DNA of 64,000 nucleotides from Candidatus Aminicenantes bacterium (GTDB lineage: Bacteria; Acidobacteriota; Aminicenantia; Aminicenantales; JAFGBC01): contig OY969696.1 in the NCBI GenBank assembly GCA_963702005.1, positions 256,001 to 320,000 on the forward strand, read 5' to 3'. Shown here piece after piece: positions 44,071 to 56,778 of the stretch (positions are counted from its first letter, which is position 1; each line of letters begins with the position of its first letter). Under the pieces are notes generated by a model. That model did no database searches, had not been told where the DNA came from, and saw nothing but the letters and a program-made list of their open reading frames with translations. The position numbers and the translations under genes are program-made.

Positions 44071-45783
44071 TCATTTCATCTTTTCTTGTTTACGAAGTTT
44101 TTTGGTAATTTTTTTTGAGTGATCCGAAAGCAGCCTTTTTTCAAGCTTAGTGCCTTTTGCCACCTGATCATCGCCCCCAAGTTCAGCATATCTCTTGAAA
44201 ATATTTTTTGCCGCTTCGGCGATAACTGGTTCAGTCAGTTTGGTAAGGTCCAATTTGGATACCGCGGCTATCGAAGGCGTTGGTACGCCGCAAAGGCGTA
44301 AGACAACAAGGGTAGCAATATAGAAGCGCAAGTTATTTGCGTGTTCCTTTAACTCCGGAATGCTTCCAGATTTGAGGTAGGTCTCGCAATCTTTAGCTAC
44401 AACAAGCGTCTTGAAGTAAAGCTCCAATGGATAGGAAGGATTGAAGATACGCGCGTAGGCAGCATCATCCTTGATCAAAGTGGATGGCCTAGCGCGTGCA
44501 TTAGCGGGTTCGCGCAGCGCGCAAGCGATGACTGACTGGGCAAGGAATGATATACTTACGATTCTCTTTGCGGGCTTACCAGCGTTCTTGTAATAGTTCT
44601 TCCGGCGATCATAAAACCATCCTTTTGGACTCAAGTACTCCTCAATATCACGATGAATTTTATCTGTGGCGCGAAGTGATGCGGGGGGAATGTCTGTTTG
44701 GCTATTCGTTGCTTTAATGATTTGGTCTCGGCTCTTCTCTCCCTGCGGCTTAATGACTCGGACCAAGATATGCCGTTTTTCATAAGCCAAGTCACGCTTT
44801 GAAAGGACTTCGAAAACCTCTCTCGAAGTTTGAAGTCCGTTTACGATCTCTGGATCCTCAATAGTCAAGGTTTTGCCAGAGAGGCTGGCTTTGGCACAGA
44901 GCAACGATATTCCATTGTTAAGCCACCAGAAATCCTCCGATGTCGGATTCTCAAGTGTGCGACGAATCTCCTTGTTCACCTCGACGTTCCCTTGGTAGTC
45001 ACGAACGTTACTCTCAAATAGATGAGACCGCAACTTACCATGCTCATCTTTTATAAATTCGAAGAAATCTCGGAGAGATACCAAGCATAAGAATCCCTCT
45101 TGGCCCGTAGAAATTGGATTCTCTGCTAAGGGCAATCAGTGAGTAGTCGCTGGTTTCTCTCTTGCTAGAGCGATAAGCTCTGAGGCTCCAAGGAAACGAA
45201 ATTCAAAAGTGACAGGGGATATCAATCTTTCGAGTGTTTCACGTATTACATCCGACTTCCTCTGTACATTGGGATGCACTTGCGTTGCCTTGGCCGAATA
45301 GCCAAAGACAAACTTAACTATAGGAAACCGGGAGGCAAACTCAAGATAAGCATGCCGAAATTGTTTAACTTTCAGGAGCAGTTCCTTGTGATATACCTTT
45401 TGTAATTTCTCCAACGGACGATTGAGGTCAAATAATTCGTTTGTAGCACTGATAAAATTATCCATAGAATCTTCTCCGAAGCCCGAACCGGTCTTTGCTT
45501 GGAGAAGAACTACCTTGAGTTCGATGTTCTTTTTGAATGCTGAGAGATTTAGATCTTCTCTAAAAAGGGTCCCGTTTATGAATAAATAGAAACCGTCGAT
45601 ACCACCATCCCGGCTGGAGTCGATGAGCCCTGATTCAAGCTCCTCATAAGACAGGTCTTCGTCCTTCAGAATTTGTTCAGCAGAAAAGATCTCGAAAAAC
45701 TCGGAAGGATCAGACTCCAAACCTGCTGAAGACATTCGTTGATCGAGTAGCTGATTTAAAAGTATTAGATCATTTTGGCTCAT
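44071..45783 (-). pseudogene. AIPR family abortive-infection protein with an in-frame TGA at 45136-45138
   Basis: N-part has DGGIDGFY, QAK; C-part has LFESNVRDYQG, FWWLNNGI, IVNGLQTS, ATNSQ, YDRRKNYY. The two track ORFs abut in the same frame. Confidence 0.88.
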
Positions 45784-45948
45784 TTTGCACCTAGCTGAAT
45801 GATATTAATATCCCCCTAATGAATATATTGTTAAGAGTAATTCTACAACGTTCAAAATTATGCTGCAAGCCTAGTAAATTCGGGCGATTACCTCTAGGTA
45901 AAAAGTATCAAAAGAAAGTAAGAGAAATGTCTTCTTGGAATTTGAGAT

Positions 45949-46947
45949 CTATCTCGGGTAAGCGTTAAGATCAAGCGAAAAAAAAGCGTCGGCGCCCGCT
46001 TTGAGCTTAGCTAAGGCCAGGCTTCCGACCATGGCAGCATTGTCCGTACAGAGCTTTGGGGATGGGATGACCGCCTCGATCCTGTTCTCGGCCGCAAACC
46101 TTTCAAAGCGCGCCCGGAGCCGCTTGTTGCGGGCGACGCCGCCGCTCAGGATGAGGGCACGCGGCTCGAAGGTCTCGACCATCCGCTCGACCTTTTTCAT
46201 TACCGCCCGGACGACGGCGTCTTCGAAGCTGGCCAGGAAATCGCCGAGGGCTTTGCCGTCCCTCACGATCCCCTCCGTCCGGATAATCTTCAGAGCGGCC
46301 GTCTTAAGCCCGCTGAAGCTGAAGTCTAGACTGCGGTCCGTCATCTTGGGAAGCCCGAACGGATACCGCTTGGGATTTCCGTCCTTGGCCAGCCTTTCGA
46401 TGACCGGCCCGCCGGGATAGCCCAGTCCTAAAAATTTAGAGATCTTATCCAAAGCCTCCCCCGCCGCGTCATCACGCGTCCGGGCTAAGAGCTCATAGTG
46501 AAGAGGCTCCTTGAGGAGGAACGCCGAAGTGTGGCCGCCCGAAACGACGAGGGCCAGAATCGGATAGCTGATCTCGGCCTTCTCGATAAAGGCCGCCTGG
46601 ATGTGGGCCTGGAGATGGTCGACGCCGACGAGGGGCTTGTGGAAATAATAGGCAAGCCCCTTGGCGAAGGAGATTCCAACCACGAGCGACCCGACCAGGC
46701 CCGGACCCTGGGTCACGGCGAAGGCGTCGAGGTCGGCCGCCCGGACGCCGGCCAGGGCAAGGCTCTCGCCGACCACGAGGTCGATCGATTTCAGGTGCTC
46801 GCGCGAAGCGAGCTCCGGAACGACCCCGCCGTAGGGGGCATGGATCGCGTCCTGGGACAGGACGACGTTCGAAACGATCTCGGTCTCGCCGGCGAGCACG
46901 GCGGCCGACGTCTCGTCGCAGGAGGTTTCGATAGCCAGCAGTCGCAT
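45949..46947 (-). CDS. tsaD: tRNA N6-adenosine threonylcarbamoyltransferase
   Basis: AIETSCDETS, YGGVVPELASREH, GPGL, HLQAH, VSGGHT, DDAAGEA.DK, FSFSGLKT, CTDNAAM. Confidence 0.97.
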   Translation of the reverse strand: MRLLAIETSCDETSAAVLAGETEIVSNVVLSQDAIHAPYGGVVPELASREHLKSIDLVVGESLALAGVRAADLDAFAVTQGPGLVGSLVVGISFAKGLAYYFHKPLVGVDHLQAHIQAAFIEKAEISYPILALVVSGGHTSAFLLKEPLHYELLARTRDDAAGEALDKISKFLGLGYPGGPVIERLAKDGNPKRYPFGLPKMTDRSLDFSFSGLKTAALKIIRTEGIVRDGKALGDFLASFEDAVVRAVMKKVERMVETFEPRALILSGGVARNKRLRARFERFAAENRIEAVIPSPKLCTDNAAMVGSLALAKLKAGADAFFSLDLNAYPR

Positions 46948-46960
46948 CGGAGGAAACCGT

Positions 46961-47992
46961 TTATTTCTTTTTCTGCACGGCCAGGCTCCGGGCCAAGGGC
47001 GGCCGGGCGATCCCTTTCTCGGTGATAATAGCCGCGATAAATTTCGCCGGCGTTACGTCGAAGGCCGGGTTGCGGACGGTAACCTTAGGGAGCGTGATGA
47101 GCCTGCCCCCGACCCGGCGCACCTCATCGCCCGAGCGCTCCTCGATCGGAATCCCGCTCCCGTTCTTCAAGCTGAAATCGATCGTGCTCAGCGGCGCAGC
47201 AACGTAAAACGGAATCCCGTGTTCCTTGGCCAGGACGGCGACCCCGTAGGTCCCGATCTTGTTGGCCGTGTCGCCGTTGCGAGCGATCCGGTCGGCGCCG
47301 ACGATGACGAAGTCGATCTCGCCCCGCGCCATCAGCGACGCCGCCATGTTGTCCGTGATGAGCGTCACCGGAATCTTGTCCCGGCTGAGCTCCCAGCAGG
47401 TCAGCCGCGCGCCCTGGAGTACGGGCCGCGTTTCGTCGGCTACGACCCGGACTTTCTTCCCGCGCTCGACGGCGGCCCGGACGACTCCCAAGGCCGTCCC
47501 GTATCCGGCCGTGGCAAGCGCGCCCGCGTTGCAGTGGGTCAGGACCGTGGCGCCGCTGTTAATGAGAGCGCTCCCGAAGCCTCCCATACGGCGGTTAATG
47601 GCCACGTCCTCCCGATCGATCGCGACGGCTTCGGCCAGGAGCCTTTTCTTGAGCGCCGCGAGCCCGAAACCCCAGCTATTCTCGTAGACGGCCTTCATCC
47701 GCTCCAGGGCCCAGAACAGGTTTCGGGCTGTAGGACGAGTCCGCCACAATCTTTGATAGATTTTCGCGAAGGCCGCGTCCAAATTCATTCCCGCTCTGAG
47801 CCGCGAAACGCCCAGGGCGACGCCGTAGGCGGCGGCGACCCCGATCGCCGGGGCGCCCCGGATCGCGAGCGTCTCGATGGCTTCGGCGACGCGCTCATAG
47901 TCTTTGCATACAGCATAGACCTCGCGGTGAGGGAGTTTGCGCTGGTCGATCAGGACGACGCGGCCGTTCTTCCACCAGATTGTAGGCTGCAT
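46961..47992 (-). CDS. mtnA: S-methyl-5-thioribose-1-phosphate isomerase
   Basis: [60 protein letters not shown]. Confidence 0.96.
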   Translation of the reverse strand: MQPTIWWKNGRVVLIDQRKLPHREVYAVCKDYERVAEAIETLAIRGAPAIGVAAAYGVALGVSRLRAGMNLDAAFAKIYQRLWRTRPTARNLFWALERMKAVYENSWGFGLAALKKRLLAEAVAIDREDVAINRRMGGFGSALINSGATVLTHCNAGALATAGYGTALGVVRAAVERGKKVRVVADETRPVLQGARLTCWELSRDKIPVTLITDNMAASLMARGEIDFVIVGADRIARNGDTANKIGTYGVAVLAKEHGIPFYVAAPLSTIDFSLKNGSGIPIEERSGDEVRRVGGRLITLPKVTVRNPAFDVTPAKFIAAIITEKGIARPPLARSLAVQKKK

Positions 47993-48002
47993 GGTGCTTC
48001 CC

Positions 48003-49793
<1,791 letters not shown>

Positions 49794-49947
49794 GGGAGTG
49801 AGTATCATACCGCCCGGATCGTCCCCTGTCCAGCCCGGCGGCGGGCCGCCCCGTTGCCTTGACTTTTCGGGGGCGACACAGTAAATTGAGGGAGTTCGAT
49901 TCCGCCTGTTTCCGGCTTCGAGACAACCCCTCGAGAGGAGGTTAGCG

Positions 49948-50148
49948 ATGTTTCTATTCGGACCCGTTGGACCGATGGAACTCCTGATCATCGTCCTGAT
50001 CATCGTCATCATCTTCGGCGCCAAGCGGCTCCCCGATCTGGGCAAATCCTTGGGGGAGGGCATTCGCAACTTCAAGAAGTCCGTCAGCGGAAAGGAATCC
50101 GACGAGAAGGAACTCCCGCCCGACAAGAACCAGCCGCCCGCCAAGTAA
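49948..50148 (+). CDS. tatA: Twin-arginine translocase TatA/E subunit
   Basis: [37 protein letters not shown]; SD GAGGAGG. Confidence 0.96.
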   Translation: MFLFGPVGPMELLIIVLIIVIIFGAKRLPDLGKSLGEGIRNFKKSVSGKESDEKELPPDKNQPPAK

Positions 50149-50150
50149 GC

Positions 50151-51350
50151 ATGCGACGGGTCATCGAGAAGCTCGCCCAGGACCGGCAGGAGACCGAAGA
50201 CCTCGTCCAGAAAAAAATCCGCGCTCTCGAGGATAAAGGCGACGACGATTTCGCGGCGCGGACCAAGCTTCGCCTCGACGCCCTGCTCGACCGCCTCGAA
50301 CCCCTGCTGAAGGGCGGCTCCGCCGAGGAGTCCGTCCGCCGTCAGACCTTCGAGATCCTCGAAGAATTCAAGAACGTCCTGGTCCACGACCTGGAGCGGA
50401 CCCGGGACGCGACCGCCTCCCTCCGCGAGCTCTTCGACCTCCAGGTCCGGCTCATGGACGCCAAGGACCGGGAATGGGACGCCCTGGGCAGCAACCACGT
50501 CGGGATGATCTTCAAGAGCATGGAGTGGCGGGTCGACAAACTGGCCGCCCTCTATGAGGACGTCGCGGCCCTGATGAAAACGTTCATCCTCATCAGGGAA
50601 AAGCTCGATCGCCTCCTGGCCGCGCTCGAGTCCAAAGCCCTCCCGACGGCCGCCCAAGTCAGAGAAGTCCATACGCCCCTCGAAGAGGCTCGCTACACCG
50701 GGTTTGAGGTCCGCTTTCGAGGCGATGAAGAGAAAATCCGGGCTCAGCAGGTCCGCTACCTTTCCTATTTCAAGCCGGGCGGACGGGTTCTGGACCTGGG
50801 CTGCGGACGCGGCGAGTTCCTGACCCTTCTCGCCGAAAAAGGGGTCGAGGCCGTGGGGATCGAGGCGAACGGCCAGATGGCCGGCGCCTGCCGGGACAAA
50901 GGGCTTTCCTGCCTCCAGGGGGACATCCTGGAAAAGCTGGCCGAGGTCGAGGACGGAAGCTTCGACGGCGTCTTCTCCTCCCAAGTCGTCGAGCATCTCC
51001 CCCCGTCCTACCTGATGCGGATGCTGGGGCTTTCCTTTGCTAAGCTCAAGCCGGGCGGAACGATCGTCCTCGAGACGGTGAATCCGACCTCCGTCTTTGT
51101 CCTGGTCCAGGTCTTTTTCCTGGACCTCTCTCACCACAAGCCGCTCCATCCCCAGGCCCTCAAGTACCTGGTCGAGTCGGCCGGGTTCACGGAGACCGAA
51201 GTCCTCGTCTCCGACCCGCTCGAAGCCGAGCGTCTCCAGACGCTTCCCGGCGCGGATGAAAAGACATCCATCCTGAATAGGAATATCGACAGGCTCAACG
51301 ATCTCCTCTACGGCCCGGCCAATTACGCCGTCATCGGGAGGAAACGATGA
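50151..51350 (+). CDS. Coiled-coil protein with class I SAM methyltransferase domain
   Basis: Heptad-rich N-half; [39 protein letters not shown]. Confidence 0.85.
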   Translation: MRRVIEKLAQDRQETEDLVQKKIRALEDKGDDDFAARTKLRLDALLDRLEPLLKGGSAEESVRRQTFEILEEFKNVLVHDLERTRDATASLRELFDLQVRLMDAKDREWDALGSNHVGMIFKSMEWRVDKLAALYEDVAALMKTFILIREKLDRLLAALESKALPTAAQVREVHTPLEEARYTGFEVRFRGDEEKIRAQQVRYLSYFKPGGRVLDLGCGRGEFLTLLAEKGVEAVGIEANGQMAGACRDKGLSCLQGDILEKLAEVEDGSFDGVFSSQVVEHLPPSYLMRMLGLSFAKLKPGGTIVLETVNPTSVFVLVQVFFLDLSHHKPLHPQALKYLVESAGFTETEVLVSDPLEAERLQTLPGADEKTSILNRNIDRLNDLLYGPANYAVIGRKR

Positions 51351-52273
51351 GCCGAACCCTCTACGCCGGCTTCGACCTGGGCGGAACCCAGCTCAAATAC
51401 GGTCTCGTCGATGACGAAGGAACCGTCGTTTTCAAAGACAAGACGCCTACTCCGGTTACGATCGCCGGCCTGATCGAGCTCATCCGGTCCGTTTGGACGG
51501 AGTTGAAGGCCAAGGGAGACGCCCCGGTCGCGGCCGCCGGCCTCGGCTTTCCCGGCATCTTCAGCCTCAAGGACAGCCGGGTTCTCCAGTCCCCCAATTA
51601 CCCCGGCCTCGACGAGTTCGACCTCGCGCCCGCTCTGGCCGGGGTCATCGACGCTCCCCATTGGGTCAACAACGACGCCAACCTGGGCGCTTACGGCGAA
51701 TGGGCCGCCGGGGCCGGCCGGGGAACGCGGAGCCTCGTCCTCCTGACTATTGGGACCGGAATCGGCTCCGGGATCATCCTCGATGGAGAGCTCTGGATGG
51801 GAGCCTGCGGGTTCGCGGGCGAGCTGGGGCACGTCGTCGTCAATCCCGAGGGCGAAGTCTGCAACTGCGGCGTGCGGGGCTGTCTCGAAACGGAAACGTC
51901 CGCACCCAAGATCATCAAGAACTACCTGGCCTTCAGCGGCCGGACCGAGGCGGTCACGGCCGAAGAGGTCTATTATCGGGCCAAGGCCGGCGATTCGGAC
52001 GCCCGGCAAAGCTTCACCCAGGCCGGTTACTATTTGGGCATCGGCCTGGGCATCGTCATCAACTTCCTCAATCCCGAAAAGATCCTCCTGGGCGGCGGCG
52101 TCATGACGACCGGAGAGTATCTGATGGACCCGGCCATCGCCGAAGCCCGGCGCCGTTGCTTCAAAGCCTCATTCGCCTGCTGTTCGATCGAGAAAGCCGT
52201 TTTGGGGAACGACGCCGGCCTGGTCGGAGCCGCCTCCTGGGCCAAATCCCGCCTGGCCAAGATCAAGGCCTGA
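51347..52273 (+). CDS. ROK family sugar kinase (glucokinase-like)
   Basis: [43 protein letters not shown]. Confidence 0.93.
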   Translation: MSRTLYAGFDLGGTQLKYGLVDDEGTVVFKDKTPTPVTIAGLIELIRSVWTELKAKGDAPVAAAGLGFPGIFSLKDSRVLQSPNYPGLDEFDLAPALAGVIDAPHWVNNDANLGAYGEWAAGAGRGTRSLVLLTIGTGIGSGIILDGELWMGACGFAGELGHVVVNPEGEVCNCGVRGCLETETSAPKIIKNYLAFSGRTEAVTAEEVYYRAKAGDSDARQSFTQAGYYLGIGLGIVINFLNPEKILLGGGVMTTGEYLMDPAIAEARRRCFKASFACCSIEKAVLGNDAGLVGAASWAKSRLAKIKA

Positions 52274-52386
52274 ACGAAAGTCTCCTTGATTCGGTGTTGA
52301 AAACGGATATAATGATGGTGCCTTTCCCCGAGAGACGGACATACACGGAGCGAAAACAGCCACGCTAAAGGTCTAAGGAGGCCGAT

Positions 52387-55300
52387 GTGACCAAGCCGAT
52401 AACGAGATGCCTGATCCTGTTGAGTTGCGTCCTATGTCTCGCGTCCCTGGCCTCGGCCCAGCTGGGCACGGGCTCGATCGAGGGAAAGGTCGCAGATAAG
52501 GAGGGCTTCGCTCTCCCGGGAGCTTTTATCTACGTGTCGTCCCCGGCCCTGCTCGGCAACCAGGTCTACATCACTTCCGATATGGGCCTCTTCCATTTCC
52601 GAGCTTTGCCGCCGGGACTCTATAAAATCTCGGTCGAGATGCCCGGTTTCAAGACGATCGCGATCAAAGACATTCAGGTCCGGCTGGGCCAGACAGTCAC
52701 CTTCGACCTGACCATGGAGATGAGCGCCGTCGAGGAAGAAGTCACGCTGCCGCTCGCCTCTCCCTTGATCGATTTCAAATCCCTCGAGAAGGGCGTCATC
52801 CTCGACGCGAACCTGCTCGCCCATGTGCCTCTGCCCCGGACTCTCGCCGGCGTCGTCCAGGCCGCCCCCGGCGTCATCGCCGAGGAGTCGGTCGGGAATC
52901 CCTTATTGGCCGTCAGCGGATCCACGGTCCGCGCCACCCTCTATGCGCTGGACGGGGCCGTCCTTAACGACCCCCTGACCATGACCGTCCCCTCCGACCT
53001 CAATTTCGACATCATGGACGAAGTCGAAGTCGGGACATCGGCCCAGCCCGCCGCGGACGGAGGTTCGGACGGCGGGTTCGTCCGGGTCATCGCCAAGGCG
53101 GGCGCCAACTCGGCCTCGGGTTCTTTGGCGCTCTACCATACCAGCGACCGGCTGGCCAAGGACCTCTGGGCGGGGGAATCCGGCCCGGCTCCCTCGACCG
53201 TGTTCGACAAGAAGCTCTGGGACGCGTCGTTCACCCTGGGCGGGCCCGTCCTGGCCGACCGGGGTTGGTACTTCAGCAACGCCAGGATCCTCTATAATAC
53301 CCGCCCGACGAGTTTCCTGAAATGGACTGACCCCCAAGGCAAGATCCACGGGGAATACGACTGGACCAACCGGGAGGTCATGGCCTTCTTTAAGGCCAGC
53401 GTCGCCTTCATGGGCTTCCGCTTCAGCGGAATGTTCAGCTTCTGGGATCGCTTTCAGCCCGTCGCCGACCCGGCGCCGGCCTGGAACATGACGCGGGAAG
53501 GAACGCGCATCCTCGACGGCGAGGCCGGCTACGCAGCCTCGGGCATTCTCAATTACGCCCTTAATCAAAACACCGAAGTTGATTTCCGTCTCGCCTTTTC
53601 CCAGAATAAGACGCCCCTCTTAATCCGGGGAGGGGCTGACGCAAGTCCCCGGTATGTGGACGCCGGGACGGGCCATGTCTGGGGCAGCGGGGGGATCAAC
53701 GAGTCGACGAGCCGGAAACGCTTTCAGGGCGGCGTCCATTTTACGCGCTTCCAGGAACGGACTTTAGGGGGCAACCACGAGCTCAAGCTGGGCGGCGAAT
53801 ACGAACAGCTGAACGGCGATTCGAGCTCCTGGAAGGGCAACAACCTTCTCCTGACCTTTCTCAACGGAAGCCCCTATTTCTTCGGACAGGCCGTATCGCC
53901 CACGACCGGGAACACGGTCGGGAAAGGGCTCGTTTCCTTTTATCTCGCGCCCAGCCAGAGCGGGGCGTTGGATATCAAGGGCGATTATCGTAGGCTGGGC
54001 GGCTACCTCCAGGACTCGTGGTCTGTGGCCAACCGGCTGACCTTTCTCCTGGGACTCCGCTTCGACCACAGCGACGTCCGGATGCCCGCCTTCGCCAAGG
54101 GGGAGAGCGGAAACGCCGTTTCCGTCAAGGTCGGCGACGATCTCATCAAGCCGATCGCGGCCATCAACCCTTACGCGTCGGGTTCGTCCACGGCCTGGAA
54201 CAGCCAAGTCAACTGGAACGTGCTCTCCCCGCGCCTGGGCGTTTCGCTCGATGTCCTCGGCAACGGCCGGACCGCCTTCAAGGCCGGCTACGCCCGCGTC
54301 CCCGAGCTTCTGACGCTCCTCTACGGCACGGAGGTCAGCCCCTTCCCGATGGGCGGCATCCACGCCTTCGAATGGTATGACGAGAACATGAACGGGCTGG
54401 TCGAGACGACCGACAGCTTCGCCCTGACCCCCGACGACTACCGGATCTACGAACCCGACTACTTCAAAAAGCGGATCAATCCCGACCTCAAGCCGCCGCT
54501 GACCGAGGAGTGGACGCTCGGCCTCGAGCAAGATGTTCTGACGGACTTCTCGGTCGCCGTCCGGCTCGTCTCCCGGACTAAGACAAACATCATCCGGAAC
54601 GTCCTCTACGACCCGGACGGCAACCGGGATTGGTACACGGCCGACCCGGCCCAAGGCTGGTGGGTGCCGTTTTCGACGGTCGTGCCCGGAAACGGCGTTT
54701 ATCCCGAGACGCCGGTAACGGTCTATTTCAGGTCCGCGACGGCGCCGGCTCTCTTCGAGCGGCTGACAAACGTCCCCGAGCTCCGCAGAAAATACCGGGC
54801 CGTCGAATTGACATTCCAGAAGCGGATGTCCCGAGGCTGGCAGTTCCTGGGGTCGCTCGTCCTCAGCGAAGCGACCGGAACGGCCGGGCTGGGCGCCGCC
54901 GCAGACTCCGGGTTTACCTTGGCCGCCCTCAACCCGAATGCGTTCGTGAACCTGCCGGGCAACTCCCGTTTGGACCTGGATCGCCCGATTGTCGCCAAGC
55001 TGATGGGGACCGCCCGTTTGCCGCTGGACTTTATCCTGAGCTTCTTCTTCGTCCATGCCAGCGGAGCCCCCTGGGCCCGGAGCGTCACCGTCGTTCCTCC
55101 GGCCGATTGGGTCGCGGCCCACGGCATCGCCAGCCCCTACGCCCAGGTCTATCTCGAACGGCCGGGGAACCGGCGCTACACGGCCAGCGAGACCCTCGAC
55201 CTGCGCATCGAAAAGGAGCTCCACCTCAAGGGGCTGGGTGGCCTCGGCATCTACATGGACGTCTTCAATCTCCTCTCCGCCAGGTCCAGCATCCTCAACG

Positions 55301-55437
55301 GGAACGACGGCGGATTCTGGTACCCGAACGCCGAAAACAGCGGGATGGGCACGCGGGTCTTGGATCCCTCCTACGACAGCTTCATCGCGCGGTCGGGCGC
55401 CCGCGTCATCAAATTCAGCCTCAGCTTGAGATTCTGA
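52387..55437 (+). CDS. TonB-dependent receptor with carboxypeptidase-regulatory-like N-domain
   Basis: Signal peptide, GSIEGKV, LPPGLY, LGGP, YLQDSW, LGLRFD, SPRLG, C-terminal ...LSLRF. Confidence 0.9.
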   Translation: MTKPITRCLILLSCVLCLASLASAQLGTGSIEGKVADKEGFALPGAFIYVSSPALLGNQVYITSDMGLFHFRALPPGLYKISVEMPGFKTIAIKDIQVRLGQTVTFDLTMEMSAVEEEVTLPLASPLIDFKSLEKGVILDANLLAHVPLPRTLAGVVQAAPGVIAEESVGNPLLAVSGSTVRATLYALDGAVLNDPLTMTVPSDLNFDIMDEVEVGTSAQPAADGGSDGGFVRVIAKAGANSASGSLALYHTSDRLAKDLWAGESGPAPSTVFDKKLWDASFTLGGPVLADRGWYFSNARILYNTRPTSFLKWTDPQGKIHGEYDWTNREVMAFFKASVAFMGFRFSGMFSFWDRFQPVADPAPAWNMTREGTRILDGEAGYAASGILNYALNQNTEVDFRLAFSQNKTPLLIRGGADASPRYVDAGTGHVWGSGGINESTSRKRFQGGVHFTRFQERTLGGNHELKLGGEYEQLNGDSSSWKGNNLLLTFLNGSPYFFGQAVSPTTGNTVGKGLVSFYLAPSQSGALDIKGDYRRLGGYLQDSWSVANRLTFLLGLRFDHSDVRMPAFAKGESGNAVSVKVGDDLIKPIAAINPYASGSSTAWNSQVNWNVLSPRLGVSLDVLGNGRTAFKAGYARVPELLTLLYGTEVSPFPMGGIHAFEWYDENMNGLVETTDSFALTPDDYRIYEPDYFKKRINPDLKPPLTEEWTLGLEQDVLTDFSVAVRLVSRTKTNIIRNVLYDPDGNRDWYTADPAQGWWVPFSTVVPGNGVYPETPVTVYFRSATAPALFERLTNVPELRRKYRAVELTFQKRMSRGWQFLGSLVLSEATGTAGLGAAADSGFTLAALNPNAFVNLPGNSRLDLDRPIVAKLMGTARLPLDFILSFFFVHASGAPWARSVTVVPPADWVAAHGIASPYAQVYLERPGNRRYTASETLDLRIEKELHLKGLGGLGIYMDVFNLLSARSSILNGNDGGFWYPNAENSGMGTRVLDPSYDSFIARSGARVIKFSLSLRF

Positions 55438-55452
55438 ACGAAAGCGGCCGTT

Positions 55453-56430
55453 TTAAAAGGCGACGTCGAGGGCCTTCTTGACTTCCTCGCCGCCGGTCCG
55501 GTTTCGGACCAGGATCTTGAGTTTGTTCGTCCGGCCCGAGACGAGGCCGGCCTTGTCCGTCACCAGAAGGGGAAGGATAAGGACATAATCCCGGCCTTTG
55601 AGGTCTTTGAGCTTGTCCTCATCGACGACGACCTCCTCGTCCCTGGCCAAGGTCCAGACGCTCTCCCCCGACTCCGCCACGAGCTCGAGCCGGATCTCGA
55701 AGGTCGTCCGGAGCCGGCCCTCGACGGACTGGAACCAAATGCCCGAATAGGGCGTCTCGATCGTGATCGAGGCCTCGATTTTGTCCGGACCGGCCGAGAT
55801 TTTTTCGACCTTCCAGCGGAAATCGAAAAAGGCCTTCTCCTGGTCAAACGTTTTCTGGAACGAGTCCAGGGCCTGGTTCAGGTCATGGAGATGCTCGAGG
55901 TTCAGCGTGACCAGGATATAGTCCCCCGTGCAATTCGCGTCGCTGAAGATGACCGGAAACGAACCGTAATACCAGACTTCGCTACACCGGCCGTATTTGC
56001 TCTGTCCGAGGGAATCGGCGATCCGCTCCTGGGGCGGCCCGAACAGAATGTAGATCCGGCCCCGGTCCGTCATCCAGCCGGGCTTGCCCTCTCCCATGAA
56101 GAGCTTGTCGCTTTCCTCCATCCGGGCGAAGTAGGCCGTTTTGAATTCATTCTCTTCGGTCGCCGGGTCCGGGTCGCGGCGCTTCCAGAACTCCTCCTTG
56201 AAGGCTACCCGTTCGGAGGCGGGAAGCTCCAGGAAAATCTTTCTCTCCTGGGAGGTCATGATGTATTGGACGCGGGCGAAGAAGTCCGCGTCGTCCGGTC
56301 CCAGCTTTTTCTCCAGGTTGTACAATCGGCAGCCGCCGAGGATCATGACGACGAGGCCGGCCAGCCCCCAACCGATCAAGGCTGCGGGGCGCCGGGCTCC
56401 GCAGGAGGCGATGGGAGGGGAGACGTTCAT
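55453..56430 (-). CDS. GWxTD domain lipoprotein
   Basis: Lipobox LGGC; FWKRRDPDPAT.ENEF, GWMTDRGRIYILFGPP, EVWYY. Confidence 0.92.
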   Translation of the reverse strand: MNVSPPIASCGARRPAALIGWGLAGLVVMILGGCRLYNLEKKLGPDDADFFARVQYIMTSQERKIFLELPASERVAFKEEFWKRRDPDPATEENEFKTAYFARMEESDKLFMGEGKPGWMTDRGRIYILFGPPQERIADSLGQSKYGRCSEVWYYGSFPVIFSDANCTGDYILVTLNLEHLHDLNQALDSFQKTFDQEKAFFDFRWKVEKISAGPDKIEASITIETPYSGIWFQSVEGRLRTTFEIRLELVAESGESVWTLARDEEVVVDEDKLKDLKGRDYVLILPLLVTDKAGLVSGRTNKLKILVRNRTGGEEVKKALDVAF

Positions 56431-56532
56431 GAAGGCTCCTTTGGCCGGGAGGGTTGCTCCCGGCACTAATACGTTACGCGTCCGCGGAAATAAAAGCAAG
56501 ATGAAGAAACGGGCTCGGGGGAGATCGGGGAG

Positions 56533-56616
56533 TGCGGAAGGAGGGACTCGAACCCTCACGGTCTTTCGACCATAAACTCCTGAGGCTTACGCGTCTGCCA
56601 ATTCCGCCACTTCCGC
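56533..56616 (-). tRNA. tRNA-Leu (anticodon CAG)
   Basis: GCGGAAGTGGCGGAATTGGCAGACGCGTAAGCCTCAGGAGTTTATGGTCGAAAGACCGTGAGGGTTCGAGTCCCTCCTTCCGCA. Long variable arm; CCA not encoded. Confidence 0.96.
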
Positions 56617-56630
56617 AGGGAAGGCCCATT

Positions 56631-56698
56631 ATTATAGCCAGAGTCCCCGGCCGTGTAAAGCCGCCGTACTTGACAAATCGGCGGGCCGCTTCTATCGT
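56631..56698. promoter_or_regulatory. Back-to-back sigma70 promoters (tRNA-Leu on -, baeRF gene on +)
   Basis: Minus strand TTTACA-N17-TATAAT (56659-56631); plus strand TTGACA-N17-TATCGT (56670-56698). Confidence 0.65.
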
Positions 56699-56778
56699 AA
56701 AGGTACGTGTTCTTCGATCGTTCTTACCCCCCAGCCAAGCAACGCCGCATCCGTCAATCCCTGGCATAAGGAGGCTTC

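Noticed and set aside
45136-45138. Selenocysteine or alternative genetic code for the AIPR TGA
   Set aside because: No Cys-type motif context or evident SECIS hairpin, and the same gene and its neighbour use TGA as a normal stop.
49794-51149. N-terminal 450-aa extension of the 1048-aa lepA ORF in the track
   Set aside because: It is the antisense shadow of tatA and the methyltransferase. LepA homology begins at MDRIRNF (49793), which has its own promoter.
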